Positions 59,527-64,000 of a DNA stretch of 64,000 bases are shown here, piece by piece. Position 1 is the stretch's first letter, and each line of letters opens with the position of its first letter. A program made the position numbers and the translations under genes. The DNA is taken from NCBI GenBank assembly GCA_964106645.2, contig OZ067039.1. One strand, 5' to 3'. This DNA comes from Podarcis pityusensis. Its lineage: Eukaryota. Under the pieces are notes generated by a model. That model ran no database searches. It had not been told where the DNA came from and worked only from the letters and a program-made list of their open reading frames with translations.

Positions 59527-59607
59527 ATGGCCATGAAAACTTCTGGCTTCTTCTTTTTATTCTATGCAGCATGCTTGATTTCTACAGCTGAAGAGAAAAG
59601 CCAGCAG
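59527..59607 (+). CDS. STAB1: STAB1 exon 1 (signal peptide)
   Basis: MAMKTSGFFFLFYAACLISTAEEKSQQ|gtaagt; alternative ATG at 59533. Confidence 0.8.
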
Positions 59608-62600
59608 GTAAGTTTGCTGCTGCAGCAGCCTTGGGTATTAGAAGGTGCTATTATATAGGCACTTACGTACTTGGAAGCAAGCGCCGTTGAACTCCCTGGG
59701 ATCAGCCTGCAGTGAAATAGACAACAGCATGCCTAGTATATTGCTGTGAAGTTTTATATTTGAAACCATTAAATCACCTCTGTAATAAGGCTTTGTGGCT
59801 GTGGCCAATTACTCAGTTTAAAAAGTGCCTGGCCCAGGTTAAGTTGGCTCTTAAAATAAGTTGGTTATTTTTAATTTGTATTAATCACAGCCACAGATAG
59901 AAACAGTCTTCTCTGTGACAGTGCTTGCTTTCTCACACAGGTGAGAATGCCTCTTCTAAGACGGTAAATGCTTTCCTTAAAAACTATATTAAATTTGCAT
60001 GTGCACTTCTGACTATGTAATTTATTACAGCGTGATAGATGGTAGATTAAGATTTATTTAACTTGGTGTCAACTGCTTGAGTGTTTGTGTGTGTCTGCAT
60101 TCTTGTGTATGAAAAAATAGTTTGATAAGTAGGGTTAGATCCAGACTAGCCATGAGCACGGTTAAGTTCATGGGATGCTCCCAGGGATGGAAGGGAGGAG
60201 AAGGCAATTTTTGCAGATTGCTCCCCATGCCTACCTGCAGCCTCCTAAAAGCTGCTCTAGATGGTTGAGGAGCTCTCTGTAACCATATGGGAGATGGCAT
60301 GAATGGGGATTTGCAAGGGGAATTGATGGAAACTGTCTACACAAATGCACCTCGTCTTCTAGCAGGACCCTGTTAGGTCGGAGTCCCTTCCACAAACACG
60401 AGGAGCCCATCGATTCATGGAAGGGACTTCTGGATGCAATTGAGGGGCACATAGATATGAGTGAGAGACATATTCAGGAAGGCATTTGCCTCAGCACCGA
60501 TAGTGGAGAGAAAAATAAATTGAGTACGTAGAACAAGAAGAATCAGAATTGATCATGATTTGGTCTTTTCTATAAATATGAAAAACTAATCAAGGACCTT
60601 TGCATGCTTATGTGTATGCAGAATAGACTTTAGCTTGTCCATTGTGAAGTGAAAACCTCATAAACTTCCATTTATTTTTTTCATATCACACACTTCTGGA
60701 AATTGATTTTATACATGCAACTCAAAATAAATCATAGCTCATTCAAAAAATTAAAAAGAATCACCACATGAGGTGGCTGATAATTATAACAAATCAATAG
60801 CTCCATCCTCTCTATATCCCTGAACAATAATCATCCCAAGAACTGAAGCTGCCGTGCTACGGATCAGCAAACGATGAGAGAAAGAGAAGGCCAGCCATTT
60901 CCAGTGAATCAAAAGAAGCGGCTTCCTCGTGTACACCAACATTTCAATCTGTGGGATTTTGTAAATAACAATATTCAGTCCTGAGACTTCTCTCGCAATC
61001 TGAATATTGGGTTTTAAGTTCATGAGGGTAGATAGGCACGTCATTGAATTTTGGTGAATATTGTGAAGAGGTATTGCCGTCCGTTTATATCAGCCAATGC
61101 TGAGGTATTACCTGAAGTTATGAATCAATGACATATCGTGTATTTCTGAAGTAGGCTACTGCCAGAATCAGAAAACTTAATAAGGTGAACAGTTTAGTCT
61201 CCCTGGCTGGTATGTGTATTTTGCTTAGGCGTACATACTTCCTTTGATTTCACTTGAATTGTACACTTGCACATATCTGCAGTGTATTGTACAAAAAAAA
61301 GAAAGAATATGAAGGTTTGCCTGGACTTTGCACTTGTTGAAAAGTGAGGTATAATATTCTGGCTGGTCACTGTAGGAAACAGATGGCTGAGCTAGATAGA
61401 AAACTGAACTGCTTGGTCATCACAAGTAAGATGGTTTGCATGTGCTAAAGGACTGCGTTCCTTAGCACAGTTACATTTTGTCACGAAGGAGAGCCCCTGG
61501 GAATAAGCTATATGGGCAAACATGTATGAGAGACCCCTGGCATGTTTTTCTTGAAAGAAGTACCGCCATGGGAGTGGGTAATCTGGACAGGAAAAACTGC
61601 TGGCACAGGTGGGTGGGTGTCTGAAAGTTTATGCAAGAGGTAACCTGAATTTTAAATGCCACTTTGCAGGGGTGGATAATTGAAATTGGAGAAACATCAG
61701 GCAGAGAAAAGGATAAATACCATCGTTCCATCTTCAGCAGATTTCTCTGCTCCACATCCCCCCCCCCAGTGTTTTAATTGTGCTGGAGCTGTGCTGCCTG
61801 CCCCTGGACAGCACATAGTTAGCTGCGGTGTAACTATCTGTCAGTGCAAACCTGTACATGCCACTCCAAAGTAGGCCCCATGAGCTCAATGGAACTACTG
61901 ACACAAAAGTGATAACTGTATAGGATTGCAGACTGAATGAAAGCACCTGCATGCAGATAATCAGGGCCCCCTGCTATTGTCAGTGGACTTTTAATGATCT
62001 CAAGACAGAGATATAATAGCCGCTGCCTGATCACATTGACAAGCAAGCACCATATAAAGTGTCACAGTGCAGGGACAAGCAGTCTGTGTGTTCCACCACA
62101 TTTTATTTTCTGTGAAATGTTGCAGAGATAGGTAAGTGTGCCTGCATCTGTCTAACTGCTTCTGTTCACGTGTGCAAAAAAAGGGAGGAAATTGTGCCTC
62201 ATAAATGGTTCATTTGCATAGATTTTGTATGGCTCAATCAGCGTTGATCCTACAGGTCTATCAGTTGCCTCTTTTTCTAGACTGGGGATGAGAAATCTGA
62301 AAGAAAGTGCTTGAAAATCAGTTTCATCTAATGACTACCATATTGCAGTACTGTTATGCGCTTAAGAATAATGGTGAATGCTCTTCCCACTTTCCAGTTA
62401 AAGTCTAAGCGATGTGACCAGAAGTTTACATATACACGTGATACACCTTGTACCTCTTGTACTGTGGTTTCCAGACTGCCATGCCCAAAAAGGTGGACAA
62501 AACTGCTTGGAAAGGAAGGGCAGAAGAACTGCAGGTGAGGCCTTTGCTGCTGCTGCTGCTGCTTTTTTTTATTTTCAGGGTAACATGATGTCGAACCATT

Positions 62601-63828
62601 GCTTGCTGTTCCCCTGAAGCTTTTCTGCTCACTGACACAACATTTTTTTCCAAGCTCTAGTATGACAAAGAAGCATAATGCAAGGTTGGGCTATATGCAA
62701 ATAGGAGGGGAATATTTGATGCTGACTGTCTGGGTTCATTAGGGGCAGGGGACAAATTTAGATGCTGCTCCAGTGGTGTTTTTGTGTGCACCCCTTGCTT
62801 TCTACTCTGCCAGACTGCTGTCATTGCTATTTCAGGTATACACTCAAGCTAGGCGAGACTACTCTTTTGCTCCCTGGTTGTGCTCAAATATGTAAGCAGG
62901 AATTTGAGGAGAAGCGCTGCTGTCCTGGTTTTTGGGGTCCTGCTTGCTACGGTAAGGCTTTAAATTAAGTGCATTAGATTCCAAACAGTCAGGGACCCTG
63001 GAGCTTAAACCATGGTTAGGGCAGGCACCTGGCTCTGTATGCTCAAGCTTTGCAGCCCTCTTGAAACACAGAAGGGAACAGGAGTGTAAAATACTGGCCG
63101 CTGTGGTTAGACTGAAAACTCTGGATTGGTCCAACCTACTACAAAAACTGGGAGCCAGACAGACAGACCTTCTGCTCTGCCAGGTTGGCAGAACAGAGCA
63201 GGGCGGGCTGCACTTCAGGCTCCACTGCGGCCTACGTTTCTGCTCCTATCCAGACACAGCTTTAAGAACAGTTGCTCACTGCCCAGAATGGTCCTGGGTA
63301 GACCCTTGTACTTGTAGGAGTGGAGGCTTTCCCTCCATTCCAGTTCACTATGAAGAGCTTGGCCTACATTGTTTGAATAAGCTTAAGAACTCAGTTGCTT
63401 TAATAGAAGTGGGGTGCGGGCCATAGTATACCATAAGTAATAGGCTCCATAATAATGTAAATAATAGGGCTGCCATACATCCGGATGTTTCTGGGATTTC
63501 AAAGGCAGAATTGACATCCAGGGGGAATTTCTGACACACACACCCCGAATTGTCAACCGAAAAATCATGTTTTTTGGGTGTTTTTATAAAAGCTCAACAA
63601 CTTTAGGGTCTTTTGGGGGGGTGACCTGGTTTTTACTTTTTGAAATATGACAACCCTAGATAATAAAGCGGTGGGTGTCAGGAGAAACCAACACTGATTT
63701 TAGTATCTGAAACTGGTCTGCAACTGTGTTTTTGTTTTCCAGAATGCCCTGTTGGATCTGGAAATGTATGCAGCGGTCGGGGGACTTGTTTGGAAGGTTC
63801 AGCACAGAACGGAACTTGCATCTGTGAG
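59527..63828 (+). CDS. STAB1: Stabilin-1, exons 1-4 (continues beyond window). join(59527..59607,62398..62534,62836..62951,63743..63828)
   Basis: Signal-peptide exon, then Cys-rich RCD..TPCTSC..CPKRW, GC...C.....KRCCPGFWGPACYECP and EGF-like CSGRGTCLEG...NGTCICE; lies next to NISCH as in other vertebrates. Confidence 0.92.
62398..62534 (+). CDS. STAB1: STAB1 exon 2
   Basis: LKSKRCDQKFTYTRDTPCTSC...KNCR, 137 nt. Confidence 0.92.
62836..62951 (+). CDS. STAB1: STAB1 exon 3
   Basis: YTLKLGETTLLLPGCAQICKQEFEEKRCCPGFWGPACY, 116 nt. Confidence 0.93.
63465..63658. mobile_element. hAT-like MITE
   Basis: tagggctgccata...tatgacaacccta inverted ends. Confidence 0.55.
63743..63828 (+). CDS. STAB1: STAB1 exon 4
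   Basis: (E)CPVGSGNVCSGRGTCLEGSAQNGTCICE, 86 nt. Confidence 0.93.
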
Positions 63829-64000
63829 GTAAAAGCGGGGCTATTTGCAACTAGCAACGGTTGTTGCGTATTTCCTGGGGCTACGGTTGTACATCCAGTC
63901 AGGATAAACCAGAGAATGATGGTCTTCTGGGAAAAGAAGTTTGCAAGGTGAAAAACATTGCAAAGGAACAAAGCTAGGGCAACTACAAAGAAAGCAGCTT

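Overview
Vertebrate genomic DNA, most likely a lacertid lizard (Sauria SINEs, Squam3-like SINEs, Tigger and hAT MITEs). Four spliced protein-coding genes were rebuilt by hand from GT-AG junctions with consistent reading phase. (1) Minus strand, <1-7403: a 4-exon non-visual ciliary opsin whose last exon runs off the left edge. It has K296, ERY, NPxxY, the C110-C187 pair and E181, but Gln at position 113. (2) Minus strand, 9933-18742: complete TNNC1 (6 exons, 161 aa). (3) Plus strand, 22262-54812: complete NISCH (21 exons, 1418 aa) starting in a CpG island that also holds a polyQ uORF. (4) Plus strand, 59527->64000: the first four exons of STAB1. TNNC1-NISCH-STAB1 is the conserved human 3p21.1 block, and the opsin has no counterpart there in human. 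It is parapinopsin/parietopsin-like but divergent from both, and from memory matches the recently proposed 'lepidopsin' / Q113-bistable opsin subfamily (needs phylogenetic confirmation). Its exon-2 splice donor is duplicated in a perfect 19-bp tandem repeat.
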